Source: Candidatus Nealsonbacteria bacterium (GTDB taxonomy: Bacteria > Patescibacteriota > Minisyncoccia > Minisyncoccales > RBG-13-42-11). From it: a stretch of DNA of 64,000 nucleotides. Below the pieces are notes generated by a model that saw nothing but the letters and a program-made list of their open reading frames with translations, did no database searches and had not been told where the DNA came from. Of this stretch, positions 9,090-16,787 are shown piece by piece. How positions within the stretch are numbered: position 1 is the first letter of the stretch; every line of letters begins with the position of its first letter. The DNA is taken from positions 66,967 through 130,966 of the forward strand of contig JAPLXL010000005.1 in NCBI GenBank assembly GCA_026396115.1, in the 5' to 3' direction. Made by a program: the position numbers and the translations under genes.

Positions 9090-9380
9090 ATGAAAGAAAA
9101 GAGTTTCATGAAAGAATATCCTTTCAGTCTTTGCGAAGATATTTGTTCTTTGTTTCTGGTTATTTTAGTATTTGGAGTTTCGTTGATATCAGTTTGGGCA
9201 CAGAAAACTTCCCTTTTATCAGGAGAAATGAGAGGTGGAGTAATAGCTATAAGTTGGTCTATATTTTTTGGTTTTTTGGTTTATTCCCAATCTAAACTAT
9301 TTAAAAAGGAGGAAAAAAATGAAAGAAAAGATAGAAGAATCAATAAACGAGAAAAAGAAAGAAAAAACCTATACTGCTGA
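9090..9380 (+). CDS. small membrane protein, hypothetical
   Basis: AGGAGGTGAGG RBS. Two hydrophobic helices followed by a Lys/Arg/Glu-rich tail. Confidence 0.4.
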   Translation: MKEKSFMKEYPFSLCEDICSLFLVILVFGVSLISVWAQKTSLLSGEMRGGVIAISWSIFFGFLVYSQSKLFKKEEKNERKDRRINKREKERKNLYC

Positions 9381-9585
9381 TGTGGTTAAAGCCCATATTG
9401 GTATGTATAGTGACATGGTTCATCTGACAGATAATTGGCATATTATAATGTCTTCTGATATTATGAAACGTTTTGAAGATACGATAAAAAGGGTTCGAAA
9501 AGAATTTCTGGACGAATTTAAGGATGAGGGATTTTACCACTATCTAAATAAAATGGAAAATACACTCAAATTTTCCCGAAGATAG
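9319..9585 (+). CDS. hypothetical protein
   Basis: ATG 9319 follows AAGGAGG; the track start 9268 has no RBS. 88 aa. Stop TAG 9583-9585 overlaps the tRNA-like fragment. Confidence 0.45.
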   Translation: MKEKIEESINEKKKEKTYTADVVKAHIGMYSDMVHLTDNWHIIMSSDIMKRFEDTIKRVRKEFLDEFKDEGFYHYLNKMENTLKFSRR

Positions 9586-9649
9586 TAATAGGGGACTACT
9601 TGTTCTCTAAATCCGAGAGACGCTGGTTCAAATCCGGCCGGAGGTGCCA
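9583..9649 (+). pseudogene. 5'-truncated tRNA-like fragment: D arm, anticodon arm (CUA in anticodon position), T arm, 3' acceptor + CCA
   Basis: TAGT-aatagggg-ACTA c TTGTT-cuCUAaa-TCCGA gagac GCTGG-ttcaaat-CCGGC CGGAGGT g CCA. Standard tRNA numbering fits from position 10 to 76. No complementary 5' acceptor strand exists upstream. The anticodon stem has only 3 canonical pairs. Confidence 0.5.
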
Positions 9650-9664
9650 ATTCTATATATAAAT

Positions 9665-9688
9665 AGCGGGCAATTGCTCGCTTTTTTA
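9665..9688 (+). terminator. terminator hairpin (repeated unit)
   Basis: AGCGGGCAATTGCTCGCT + TTTTTT. The same unit occurs at 12016-12039; a related TTGCTCGCTTTTTT occurs at 11465-11478. Confidence 0.55.
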
Positions 9689-9834
9689 TTTGCCAAAAAT
9701 CGATAATTAAAAAATTGATAAAACCCCAAAAAAGAGTTAAATTTAAAGAAGATCAAATGTTAAAAGAAAATCCAAAAAATAGAATAAAGGATTTACCGAA
9801 AATTGAACGACCGCGCGAAAAACTCATCGCATAG
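9688..9834 (+). pseudogene. duplicated radC upstream region + truncated radC 5' end (25 codons)
   Basis: ATG 9757: MLKENPKNRIKDLPKIERPREKLIA*, versus intact RadC MLRENQRKNRIKDLPKIERPRERLIS at 21782. The upstream 70 nt match 18868-18935. Confidence 0.7.
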
Positions 9835-9871
9835 ATTGGCTGGAGAAAAAAAATAAGGTTATAATTTGAAT

Positions 9872-10519
9872 ATGAAATTATTTTTAACATCAGCGGGATT
9901 GCCGCCAGAAACAACCGAAGAGTTTCTAAAATTACTCAACAAAAAACCCGAAGAAACTAAAATCTGTTTTATTACCACCGCCTCCCATCCAGAAGAGAAT
10001 AAGTGGTATGTAGAAAAAGACAGGGAGAGGCTATCGGAGTTAGGTTTTAAAATAACCGAATTTGATTTAAAGAAAGAAAATGAGAACTCTCTAAGAGACA
10101 AATTAAAAAATTTCGATGTCATTTTTGTCGAAGGGGGTAATACTTTCTATCTTTTAAAATATGTTCGAGAGAGCGGTTTTGATGAAGCTTTAAAGTTATT
10201 TTTAGAAAGAGGGGGAATTTATCTTGGGGTAAGCGCAGGCACCATAGTTACTGGGTTGAATATCGAATCCGCTAATTGGAAATATGCAGATAAAAATATA
10301 GTAAATTTAGAAGATTTAACTGGTCTAAAATTAGTTCCGTATGTGTTTTCTGTCCATATCGATGAGTCTAATTTAGATGTTGTTAAAAATATCGCAAATA
10401 AAGTTGATTATCCTGTGATTGCTTTAACCGATAAGCAGGCGCTTTTAATAGATAATGGAATAAAAAAAATCGTTGGAGGAGGAAAAAAATATGTATTTAA
10501 TACGGATACTAAACTATGA
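9872..10519 (+). CDS. peptidase E-like (S51 family) protein
   Basis: MKLFLTSAG, ICFITTAS, VIFVEGGNTFYLL, LGVSAGTIV (nucleophile-Ser context). Confidence 0.7.
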   Translation: MKLFLTSAGLPPETTEEFLKLLNKKPEETKICFITTASHPEENKWYVEKDRERLSELGFKITEFDLKKENENSLRDKLKNFDVIFVEGGNTFYLLKYVRESGFDEALKLFLERGGIYLGVSAGTIVTGLNIESANWKYADKNIVNLEDLTGLKLVPYVFSVHIDESNLDVVKNIANKVDYPVIALTDKQALLIDNGIKKIVGGGKKYVFNTDTKL

Positions 10520-11058
10520 AAAATAATGCAAAATTAATAATAAGCATATTAATCTGCGAGCTTGTTGGAGTTTTGGGCTCAATTTTCACAACGCCGGCGA
10601 TTAAAAGCTGGTATTTTTTTCTAGAAAAGCCCTTCTTTAGTCCGCCAAACTGGGTTTTTGCTCCGGTTTGGACAGTTTTATTTTTATTGATGGGTATCTC
10701 TTTATATCTGGTATGGGCAAAGAATTGGGTCAGCAAAGTTCCGGTCGGTAAGCCGGAATGGAAATCGTGGAATCCCATTTCGGCCAAATTGTGGACCGGT
10801 TCTTGGAAAGAAGAAAATGCAGTTGCGATTTTTGTCCTCCAGTTGGTTTTGAATATTTTGTGGTCGGTAATATTTTTCGGCTTGAAATTGCCAGGGCTGG
10901 CCTTTTTCGAAATTTTAATGCTCTGGTTCGCGATATTATATACAATTATAAATTTTTACCGGATATCCAAATCCGCGAGTTTCTTGCTTTTACCTTATAT
11001 TCTCTGGGTCACCTTCGCCGCAATTTTGAATTTCGCCGTATGGAGATTAAATTTGTAA
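10516..11058 (+). CDS. tspO: TspO/MBR tryptophan-rich sensory protein
   Basis: 180 aa, 5 TM. FFSPPNWVFAPVWTVLFLLMGISLYLVW, LNILWSVIFFG. ATGA overlap with the upstream gene. Confidence 0.85.
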   Translation: MKNNAKLIISILICELVGVLGSIFTTPAIKSWYFFLEKPFFSPPNWVFAPVWTVLFLLMGISLYLVWAKNWVSKVPVGKPEWKSWNPISAKLWTGSWKEENAVAIFVLQLVLNILWSVIFFGLKLPGLAFFEILMLWFAILYTIINFYRISKSASFLLLPYILWVTFAAILNFAVWRLNL

Positions 11059-11222
11059 ATTCTTTGCACGATTATTATTCCACACCAGACCTGCCCTCGT
11101 GTTGTAAAAATTGAGATAAGATTTAACATATCTCAAATAAATCGATAAAGTTGAGATATAATATTCTATATTTCAATATATGCCTAAGAATAACTTAAAC
11201 GAAAGGTTTCGCTTTCTTGCTC

Positions 11223-11251
11223 TTGACAAGCTCTCTTGATTACAGTAATAT
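11223..11251 (+). promoter_or_regulatory. sigma-70-type promoter in an ORF-free region
   Basis: TTGACA, 17-nt spacer, TAATAT. About 25 nt upstream of the tRNA-like element. Confidence 0.4.
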
Positions 11252-11275
11252 GATAACATTGCCCTTTTAAAAATT

Positions 11276-11414
11276 GACCCCTGTGTTGATGAACGTATCG
11301 GATATTAACCTATCACAGCACTGTTTTAATTTGACTGCGAGTTTAAAACAACAAAGATCGCGGTATACCCATATTATACTGCTCCGATAGTCGGTTTGAC
11401 TCCGACCAGGGGTC
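11276..11414 (+). ncRNA. tRNA-like structured RNA candidate (unclassified)
   Basis: An 8-bp terminal helix GACCCCTG/CAGGGGTC closes a ~139-nt segment. Its 3' side carries a T-arm-like GTCGG-tttgact-CCGAC directly abutting the helix. An internal GTATA-cccatat-TATAC hairpin is present. No ORF. Promoter upstream, and AGCGAGCAA...TTGCTCGCTTTTTT downstream. Confidence 0.3.
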
Positions 11415-11579
11415 TCGTCTTATAGATAGCGAGCAAATACAAATATAATCAAAATATAAAGATACCAATTGCTCGCTTTTTTCTTTGCCAAATATTGACA
11501 ATTCTTAGCTATTTGTTATTCTTAATTAGACGCAAGTATGTACTTGCTGAGTTATTTAAAATTTAAGGGGGTGAATATA

Positions 11580-11771
11580 ATGAGAGACATTAAAAAATGT
11601 GTGTTGTTATGTCCTAATACGTTTGAAGTTTTGCAATATGAATTGAAACCTTTACCTTGTAGTTATCCTGAAGAAGAAAAGTGTGGGAGTTATGTAAAAA
11701 TAATCCGAAGAAAAGAAAGAAAAACAGCTATAACTTTTTGTAAATATCAGGAAAAAAATCGGGAGGTATAA
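11580..11771 (+). CDS. small Cys-rich hypothetical protein
   Basis: ATG 11580 follows AAGGGGG. 63 aa with 6 Cys. Confidence 0.35.
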   Translation: MRDIKKCVLLCPNTFEVLQYELKPLPCSYPEEEKCGSYVKIIRRKERKTAITFCKYQEKNREV

Positions 11772-11858
11772 ATATTCCCCTCTTTTTTCTTAACAAGTTT
11801 TTTTGAAAATAGTAATATATAGCATTAATCGTCATTTATTGTTCTTTTTAAAAATTGG

Positions 11859-11995
11859 GCCCCCGTAGCTTAGTTGACTAGAGCACACGTCTTTCAAACG
11901 TCAGTAGGACTAGAAAACTATCCGTCGGTTTAAATCAAGGGGGACTACTCGTTTTCTAAATCCGAGAGACCACTGGTTCAAATCAGTGCGGGGGT
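11859..11995 (+). tRNA. aberrant ~137-nt tRNA-like gene (chimera of two tRNA-like modules)
   Basis: A canonical 5' part reads GCCCCCG ta GCTT-agttgacta-GAGC a cACGT-cuUUCaa-ACGTc plus a GGAcTAG-aaaa-CTATCC arm. A second module is homologous to 9591-9632, with CUA in the anticodon position. This is followed by T arm CACTG-gttcaaat-CAGTG and CGGGGGT, which pairs with the 5' GCCCCCG. Confidence 0.4.
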
Positions 11996-12015
11996 TCAAT
12001 AACTTTTATATAAAT

Positions 12016-12039
12016 AGCGGGCAATTGCTCGCTTTTTTC
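12016..12039 (+). terminator. terminator hairpin (repeated unit)
   Basis: AGCGGGCAATTGCTCGCT + TTTTTT, identical to 9665-9688. Confidence 0.55.
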
Positions 12040-12072
12040 TTTGCCAAAATTGGAATAGAGTAGGGGTTTTAG

Positions 12073-12108
12073 AAAATCGCTAATAAGGTGGTTTTTTACA
12101 TGGATAAT
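12073..12108 (+). promoter_or_regulatory. junction repeat type A variant
   Basis: aaaaTCGCtaataaGGTGGttttttacaTGGATAAT. Confidence 0.4.
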
Positions 12109-12160
12109 GCAACCTTCCTTATTTTTTTGCGTTGTGATAATAATAAATTGTGCAATTTTT

Positions 12161-12718
12161 ATGGATATTTCGGAAGAAAAAAGAAAAATAGGAGAGGCCA
12201 AAAAAAATCCCCAGGCTTTCGGTCAGCTTTATGATGAATTCTATAGGCCGATTTTAAAATACATTCTAAGGAGGACTTCCGATATTGAATTGGCCCAGGA
12301 TTTGACCTCGCAAACATTCTTCAAGGCGTTAAAGGGACTGAAAAAATTCCGCTGGCAGAACATTTCCTTTTCGGCGTGGCTTTATAGGATAGCGACAAAC
12401 GAAGTCAATGATTTTTACCGTAGGAAAAATAGGATTATTCAAATAAGTCTGGAAAAGCTTCCCGAAATTCCGTCTCAGGATTCTGCAGACAGCGATTTAA
12501 AGCTGGCAGAGGCAGAATTGGAAAGCAAAAAAGAATTCAAAATACTCAGTCAGAAAATCCGAAAACTGTCGCTTATTTACCAGACGGTCATAACCCTTCG
12601 TTTTTTTGAGAAGAAAAAAATATCCGAAATATCGCAAATAGTCGGAAAATCCGAAGGAACGATAAAATCCCAGCTCCATCGCGCCCTTGAAACGCTGAAA
12701 AAGGAAATGGAAGGGTAA
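12161..12718 (+). CDS. ECF-type RNA polymerase sigma factor
   Basis: I prefer ATG 12161; the track start 12107 lies inside the promoter-like repeat. FGQLYDEFYRPILKYILRR, AQDLTSQTFFKAL, WLYRIATNEVNDFYR (region 2), ISEISQIVGKSEGTIKSQLHRALETLK (region 4). Confidence 0.8.
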   Translation: MDISEEKRKIGEAKKNPQAFGQLYDEFYRPILKYILRRTSDIELAQDLTSQTFFKALKGLKKFRWQNISFSAWLYRIATNEVNDFYRRKNRIIQISLEKLPEIPSQDSADSDLKLAEAELESKKEFKILSQKIRKLSLIYQTVITLRFFEKKKISEISQIVGKSEGTIKSQLHRALETLKKEMEG

Positions 12719-12768
12719 ATGCAACCTTTTTTAAAATCAGCCGTTGTAGTTGTAATAGGTATAACAAA

Positions 12769-13548
12769 ATGAAAACAGAAGAATTGATTAAAAAATTAGA
12801 AAATACAGATCTTCCCGAAATTGAAATCCAAAGTCACAAGACTTCTTTAAAGATGGCTCTTTTGGACTCGGATTATTTCAAAAAAACGGGCTCTTTTGAA
12901 ATTTTCCGCAGATATTTAGCTTTAACCGTCCCGGCCCTAGCAGTATTGGTAATCCTGGGAGTCGTCGTAATCAGCCCGAAACTGACCGAGGCAAAAGCCT
13001 TGAAGATTGCGAGAAATAATCCGGAAATAAATAGATTAATCGAAGAGAAAAAAATGGTTTTGAGCGACGTCAAGGTAAAGGACGGTAAAGCGTATATTCT
13101 GCTCAATTCGTCAAAAACCGAAAGCACAACTGGAATCAATGTCCAAAAAAATAACAATGCCTCTGAAGATATGGAAGGCGCGATAGTCGAGGTGGATCTT
13201 GATAAAAAAGAGGTTTCGCAGATAAATTCCATCAACAGCGAAGAGGTTGCGCCCTTGAATGATAAAGAAAAAGAATCGGCAGGAGAAATAGCAAATAGCG
13301 AGGAAGTTGTCGGCCAGATAGTGCCCAAGGAAGCGACAATTGAAAAAATTCAGTCGTCTCTGCCGAAAAAAATCCGATTGATAGAAAGAAACAATGTTAT
13401 TGAAGTAACTTCAGAAACAAACGGCGAACAAAAAGCCGAAGTTCATTATATATTGGATGAAAAAAAATGGGTCGTGAAGGTCAACTTAAATGAAAGAAAA
13501 GTGGAAGAAATCGAATACTCTTCCGATAATAACAAAGGTCGAGATTAA
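12769..13548 (+). CDS. single-pass membrane protein, possible anti-sigma factor
   Basis: 259 aa. One TM helix (LALTVPALAVLVILGVVVI) after a ~45-aa cytoplasmic N-terminus. Position directly after the ECF sigma gene. Confidence 0.35.
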   Translation: MKTEELIKKLENTDLPEIEIQSHKTSLKMALLDSDYFKKTGSFEIFRRYLALTVPALAVLVILGVVVISPKLTEAKALKIARNNPEINRLIEEKKMVLSDVKVKDGKAYILLNSSKTESTTGINVQKNNNASEDMEGAIVEVDLDKKEVSQINSINSEEVAPLNDKEKESAGEIANSEEVVGQIVPKEATIEKIQSSLPKKIRLIERNNVIEVTSETNGEQKAEVHYILDEKKWVVKVNLNERKVEEIEYSSDNNKGRD

Positions 13549-13583
13549 ACAAATTTTAAAATAATGAATCAATGAAAATAAAC

Positions 13584-14267
13584 ATGAAAAAATTTTTACT
13601 GGGCTTGGCAATTTTTACGACTTTGGTATCGGTCGTAGTGGTACAAGCCAAAAATAATAACAGCGATGATGAAGATATAAAACCCAATACAGCCAACGTC
13701 TTGAAATCCGACTTGAAGCAGAGGATTCAAATCAACGAAACATCAGCCGGGAACATGGTCTGGCTCACGGGGGCGAAAATAACCGAGATTTCCGGGACAA
13801 CGACTACCAACCTTATAAAAGTAAAGGTATTCGGCCAGGACTATAAGGTTCAGATTGCCACGAGCACCAACGTGGTCAGACAATACTGGGGGAAATCGGC
13901 AATTGATTTATCGGAGTTTTCGGTGGGGGATATTATAAACGTCTACGGGACTCTCGATACGGCCGATTATTTCCTGGTTCACGCGAAAACCGTCCGCAAC
14001 GTTTCGATTCAAAAGCTTCACGCGGTTTTCACTGGAAAAATTCTGAGTATTGCTTCGTCTACGGGTTCCTTTACTATGGAAGCGAAAAGAAACGGAACAA
14101 GCTCGCTTTTGGTTAACACCGATTCGAATACAAAAATCTATCAGGGAAAAAACCTGAAAAGTTTTTCCGATTTGCAGGTCGGTATGAAAGTGATGGTTCG
14201 CGGAATCTGGGATAAAACAATATCAAAGATTCAGGCGCTACTTGTAAGAATGCAGCCAGCCCACTAA
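13584..14267 (+). CDS. secreted hypothetical protein
   Basis: MKKFLLGLAIFTTLVSVVVVQA signal peptide. Two similar beta-rich halves. Confidence 0.45.
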   Translation: MKKFLLGLAIFTTLVSVVVVQAKNNNSDDEDIKPNTANVLKSDLKQRIQINETSAGNMVWLTGAKITEISGTTTTNLIKVKVFGQDYKVQIATSTNVVRQYWGKSAIDLSEFSVGDIINVYGTLDTADYFLVHAKTVRNVSIQKLHAVFTGKILSIASSTGSFTMEAKRNGTSSLLVNTDSNTKIYQGKNLKSFSDLQVGMKVMVRGIWDKTISKIQALLVRMQPAH

Positions 14268-14307
14268 AGTGGAGAATTCCGAGGACTAAACGAAAATTGA
14301 TAGGGAA

Positions 14308-14338
14308 AATCCGTCCCTCTTTACGGGGCGGATTTTTT
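14308..14338 (+). terminator. rho-independent terminator
   Basis: AATCCGTCCC-tctttac-GGGGCGGATT + TTTTT. Confidence 0.65.
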
Positions 14339-14440
14339 GTATAGTGCTGGAAAATAAAAGATTTTTAAATTTTTATTTGAATTTAGGCAAAGATGGAGGC
14401 GTCTCACAATCTATGAATAAGAAGCCAATGTCGCATAATC

Positions 14441-14513
14441 CGTATTGGTTCGAATCCTACCCACCGAGCCAAACAAAAACCACCTTTTTATTGAGGCGGT
14501 TTTTTGGTAGAAT
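14441..14513 (+). repeat. junction repeat B+A (T-loop-like variant)
   Basis: cgtattGGTTCGAATCCtacccaCCGAGCCAaacaaaaACCACCtttttattgaGGCGGTtttttGGTAGAAT. TAGAAT ends 8 nt before ATG 14522. Confidence 0.55.
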
Positions 14514-14521
14514 AAAGAAAG

Positions 14522-15604
14522 ATGTTAATTACGCAAGGTAAAACTAATTGGAAATTTATACTAATTGTAGTTATTCTAGCCGCTATTGTTGGCGGGGGAG
14601 CTTTATGGTTTTCAGCAAAAAAAGAGTTACCTTATCAGCCGCCTGAAATCAAGAAAGTAGACGAAATCGCAAATTGGAAAACTTATAGAAATGAAGAGTA
14701 TGGATTTGAAATAAAATATCCGGAAAGTTGGGAAGTATTAAATAATAATCCTTATGGTGAGATACTGGATTTTTCTTTTCGCGATAAAAAGTATGAGGGA
14801 TCATTTGAATGGCCAGGATTGCGTATTACAGACAAGGACTTAGTAGGCGAGTTTAGTGATACTAAAATTCCCTTAAGGGTTTTTAAGAAAGAAGAGACAG
14901 AAAATGAAGTGATAAAAATCTACTTTGATGAAAGGGAAAGAAGATTATATGCAACTTGTGCTCTTTATCTTGAACCAGCCATAATTGAAACCTGCAATCA
15001 GATGCTTTCTACTTTTAGGTTTTTAGAAGAAGACACAGAGGATGAAACTGCTGACTGGAAGACATACAGGAATGAAGAATATGGGTTTGAAGTGAGATAC
15101 CCAATAGATTGGGAAATGCAAGAGAGAGGGGATGGTGTTAACTATGCTGAGCTTTTTTATCTTGAAAAAGAAGTAGGAGATTCGCAGTTTCAATTCATAG
15201 ACTTAGGAGTAGACGGTGACTGGTATCAGGTAACACGGATGCATTCAGAAATCATAATAGATCCTACAGATGCAAATGATCCAGATTCATGTCTTTCTAA
15301 TTTTGTAAATGTCCAAAGGGGAGAAATTGATTTTGCCGGACGAAAAGCCATTTCTTGGAAGCTTTTAACCGAAGAGGGTAATGTTTGGAGATCACATATT
15401 AAAATTTTAAATCCTCCCAGAGATTGGAAGGAAAATAATTGGATTCTAATCAACTATCTTATTTATGACACAGGGGAAAATTGTAAGATTCCAGTCAGCT
15501 ATTGTTCAAGGTTTGAGGGAAGAGTAAAGGTTTTCTGTAACACAGATAAAAAAGATAGCGAAATCGTTAACCAAATGCTTTCTACTTTTAGGTTTTTAGA
15601 CTAA
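14522..15604 (+). CDS. membrane-anchored protein with internally duplicated domain
   Basis: 360 aa, N-terminal TM. ANWKTYRNEEYGFEIKYPESWEV...CNQMLSTFRFLE is repeated as ADWKTYRNEEYGFEVRYPIDWEM...VNQMLSTFRFLD. Confidence 0.6.
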   Translation: MLITQGKTNWKFILIVVILAAIVGGGALWFSAKKELPYQPPEIKKVDEIANWKTYRNEEYGFEIKYPESWEVLNNNPYGEILDFSFRDKKYEGSFEWPGLRITDKDLVGEFSDTKIPLRVFKKEETENEVIKIYFDERERRLYATCALYLEPAIIETCNQMLSTFRFLEEDTEDETADWKTYRNEEYGFEVRYPIDWEMQERGDGVNYAELFYLEKEVGDSQFQFIDLGVDGDWYQVTRMHSEIIIDPTDANDPDSCLSNFVNVQRGEIDFAGRKAISWKLLTEEGNVWRSHIKILNPPRDWKENNWILINYLIYDTGENCKIPVSYCSRFEGRVKVFCNTDKKDSEIVNQMLSTFRFLD

Positions 15605-15680
15605 AAATAGGCTCTAAATCTACTAATCTTTCCCTAATTCTTCTCCAATCTAAGGTTCTGAATGCGTCCAATAGGGGAAG
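15604..15680 (+). repeat. junction repeat type B (subfamily shared with 16661-16712)
   Basis: ttctccaatctaaGGTTCTGAAtgcgtccaataggggaag, versus ctcttccaatcaatGGTTCTAAAtgagtcctgtagggggag. Confidence 0.5.
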
Positions 15681-15686
15681 CTACTC

Positions 15687-15715
15687 TTGACTTTTAATTT
15701 AAAGGGTGTTATTAT
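15687..15715 (+). promoter_or_regulatory. sigma-70-type promoter
   Basis: TTGACT, 17-nt spacer, TATTAT. Confidence 0.45.
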
Positions 15716-15770
15716 ATAAACAAGCCTGAAATAGGGTTGTTATTTAAAAATGAAATGAGGTGTTTTAAAA

Positions 15771-16127
15771 ATGTCTGAATTAAAGAAGAAAGCTTGGCAA
15801 GAACTCTTGAAGAAAGAACCAACCGATAAAGAATTGATTTATATTATCAAGTATGTGGAATCCCTAAGAGAGGAAGCTGGGCAAAAACTCTTAGAGAGAG
15901 ATCCAAGCAATGAAGGATTGATTTGTATCATGGGGCATGTATGGTCTCTAGCGGAAGAAGCTTGGAAAAAATTCTTAGAGCAAAATCCAACTAATGATGA
16001 TCTGCGTGATATTATTTTGCGTGTATCATCTTTATCATCTTTAAGAGATAGAGCTGGGAAAAAACTCTTGGAACAAAATCCAAGTAATGATGATCTATGT
16101 TTTATTATGCAACATTGTGACTTTTAA
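15771..16127 (+). CDS. alpha-helical repeat protein (four ~29-aa repeats)
   Basis: Repeating LLxxxPxNxxLxxIxxxVxSLxEEAxxK units (HEAT/PBS-lyase-like). Confidence 0.5.
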   Translation: MSELKKKAWQELLKKEPTDKELIYIIKYVESLREEAGQKLLERDPSNEGLICIMGHVWSLAEEAWKKFLEQNPTNDDLRDIILRVSSLSSLRDRAGKKLLEQNPSNDDLCFIMQHCDF

Positions 16128-16195
16128 AGAAGGTGAATGAAAGAGATGAATATTAAAAGGTAATAAAATGAATGAATTTTGGAAAGGAGTTAATA

Positions 16196-16546
16196 ATGAT
16201 AGTAATTAAAGTTTGGTGTCTTCCATCTGATCAGAGCGAAGATGATTTGAATCGTCTTCATCAGGCGATTGTGAAAGCTGCAGTATCTTTTCCCGAACTT
16301 TGTCTTCAAGACGAAAACGATATGACTTGTCTTTTTCCAGCCGATCTTATGAAGTATGGATTGGGAGAAGAAATTATCGTTGAAATTGATGGCTTGCCTG
16401 ATATGCTTTGGAAAAACCGAACAGTTCGTGAGCAACTTGCTCGGTGTGTTGGGGAAAGTGTTTCAGCTCTTTATCCCAGGGCAAAAGTTGAATGCTCTGT
16501 TAGAGAATTCAACCCTTCACAAGGAGTTTGGACTCAGAATAAGTAG
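16196..16546 (+). CDS. hypothetical protein
   Basis: ATG 16196 follows GGAAAGGAG. 116 aa. Confidence 0.45.
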   Translation: MIVIKVWCLPSDQSEDDLNRLHQAIVKAAVSFPELCLQDENDMTCLFPADLMKYGLGEEIIVEIDGLPDMLWKNRTVREQLARCVGESVSALYPRAKVECSVREFNPSQGVWTQNK

Positions 16547-16554
16547 TGAAGAAT

Positions 16555-16595
16555 AAATTCCTCGTAGAGAAGTATTTCTACGAGGAATTTTTATT
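16555..16595 (+). terminator. rho-independent terminator
   Basis: AAATTCCTCGTAGA-gaagtatt-TCTACGAGGAATTT + TTT. Confidence 0.7.
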
Positions 16596-16660
16596 TAATT
16601 TTATATTATAACTACTTTTTTTTGACTAATAAACATTAAATTACTTATTTCTTCCTTTAT

Positions 16661-16745
16661 TCTCTTCCAATCAATGGTTCTAAATGAGTCCTGTAGGGGG
16701 AGTTTGCTTCAAAGAATTGCCAATCAGGCGGTTTTTTGGTAGAAT
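16661..16745 (+). repeat. junction repeat B+A
   Basis: ...caatGGTTCTAAAtgagtcc...gaaTTGCCaatcaGGCGGttttttGGTAGAAT. Confidence 0.55.
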
Positions 16746-16787
16746 GATAATGTACGGATTAAAATAAAAGGTAATTATTTTATCAAC

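Noticed and set aside
10758-11114. Track ORF 10758..11114 (+), 118 aa
   Set aside because: It is an alternative frame inside the confidently assigned TspO gene.
11276-11414. tmRNA
   Set aside because: The terminal helix starts with A-U rather than the GGGG.../G3:U70 alanine identity. There is no tag-peptide reading frame ending in a typical ...AA stop. At ~139 nt it is far too short.
14344-14541. Track ORF 14344..14541 (+), 65 aa
   Set aside because: It is composed almost entirely of the junction repeat (B+A) sequence and overlaps the promoter-like box and the start of the next gene.
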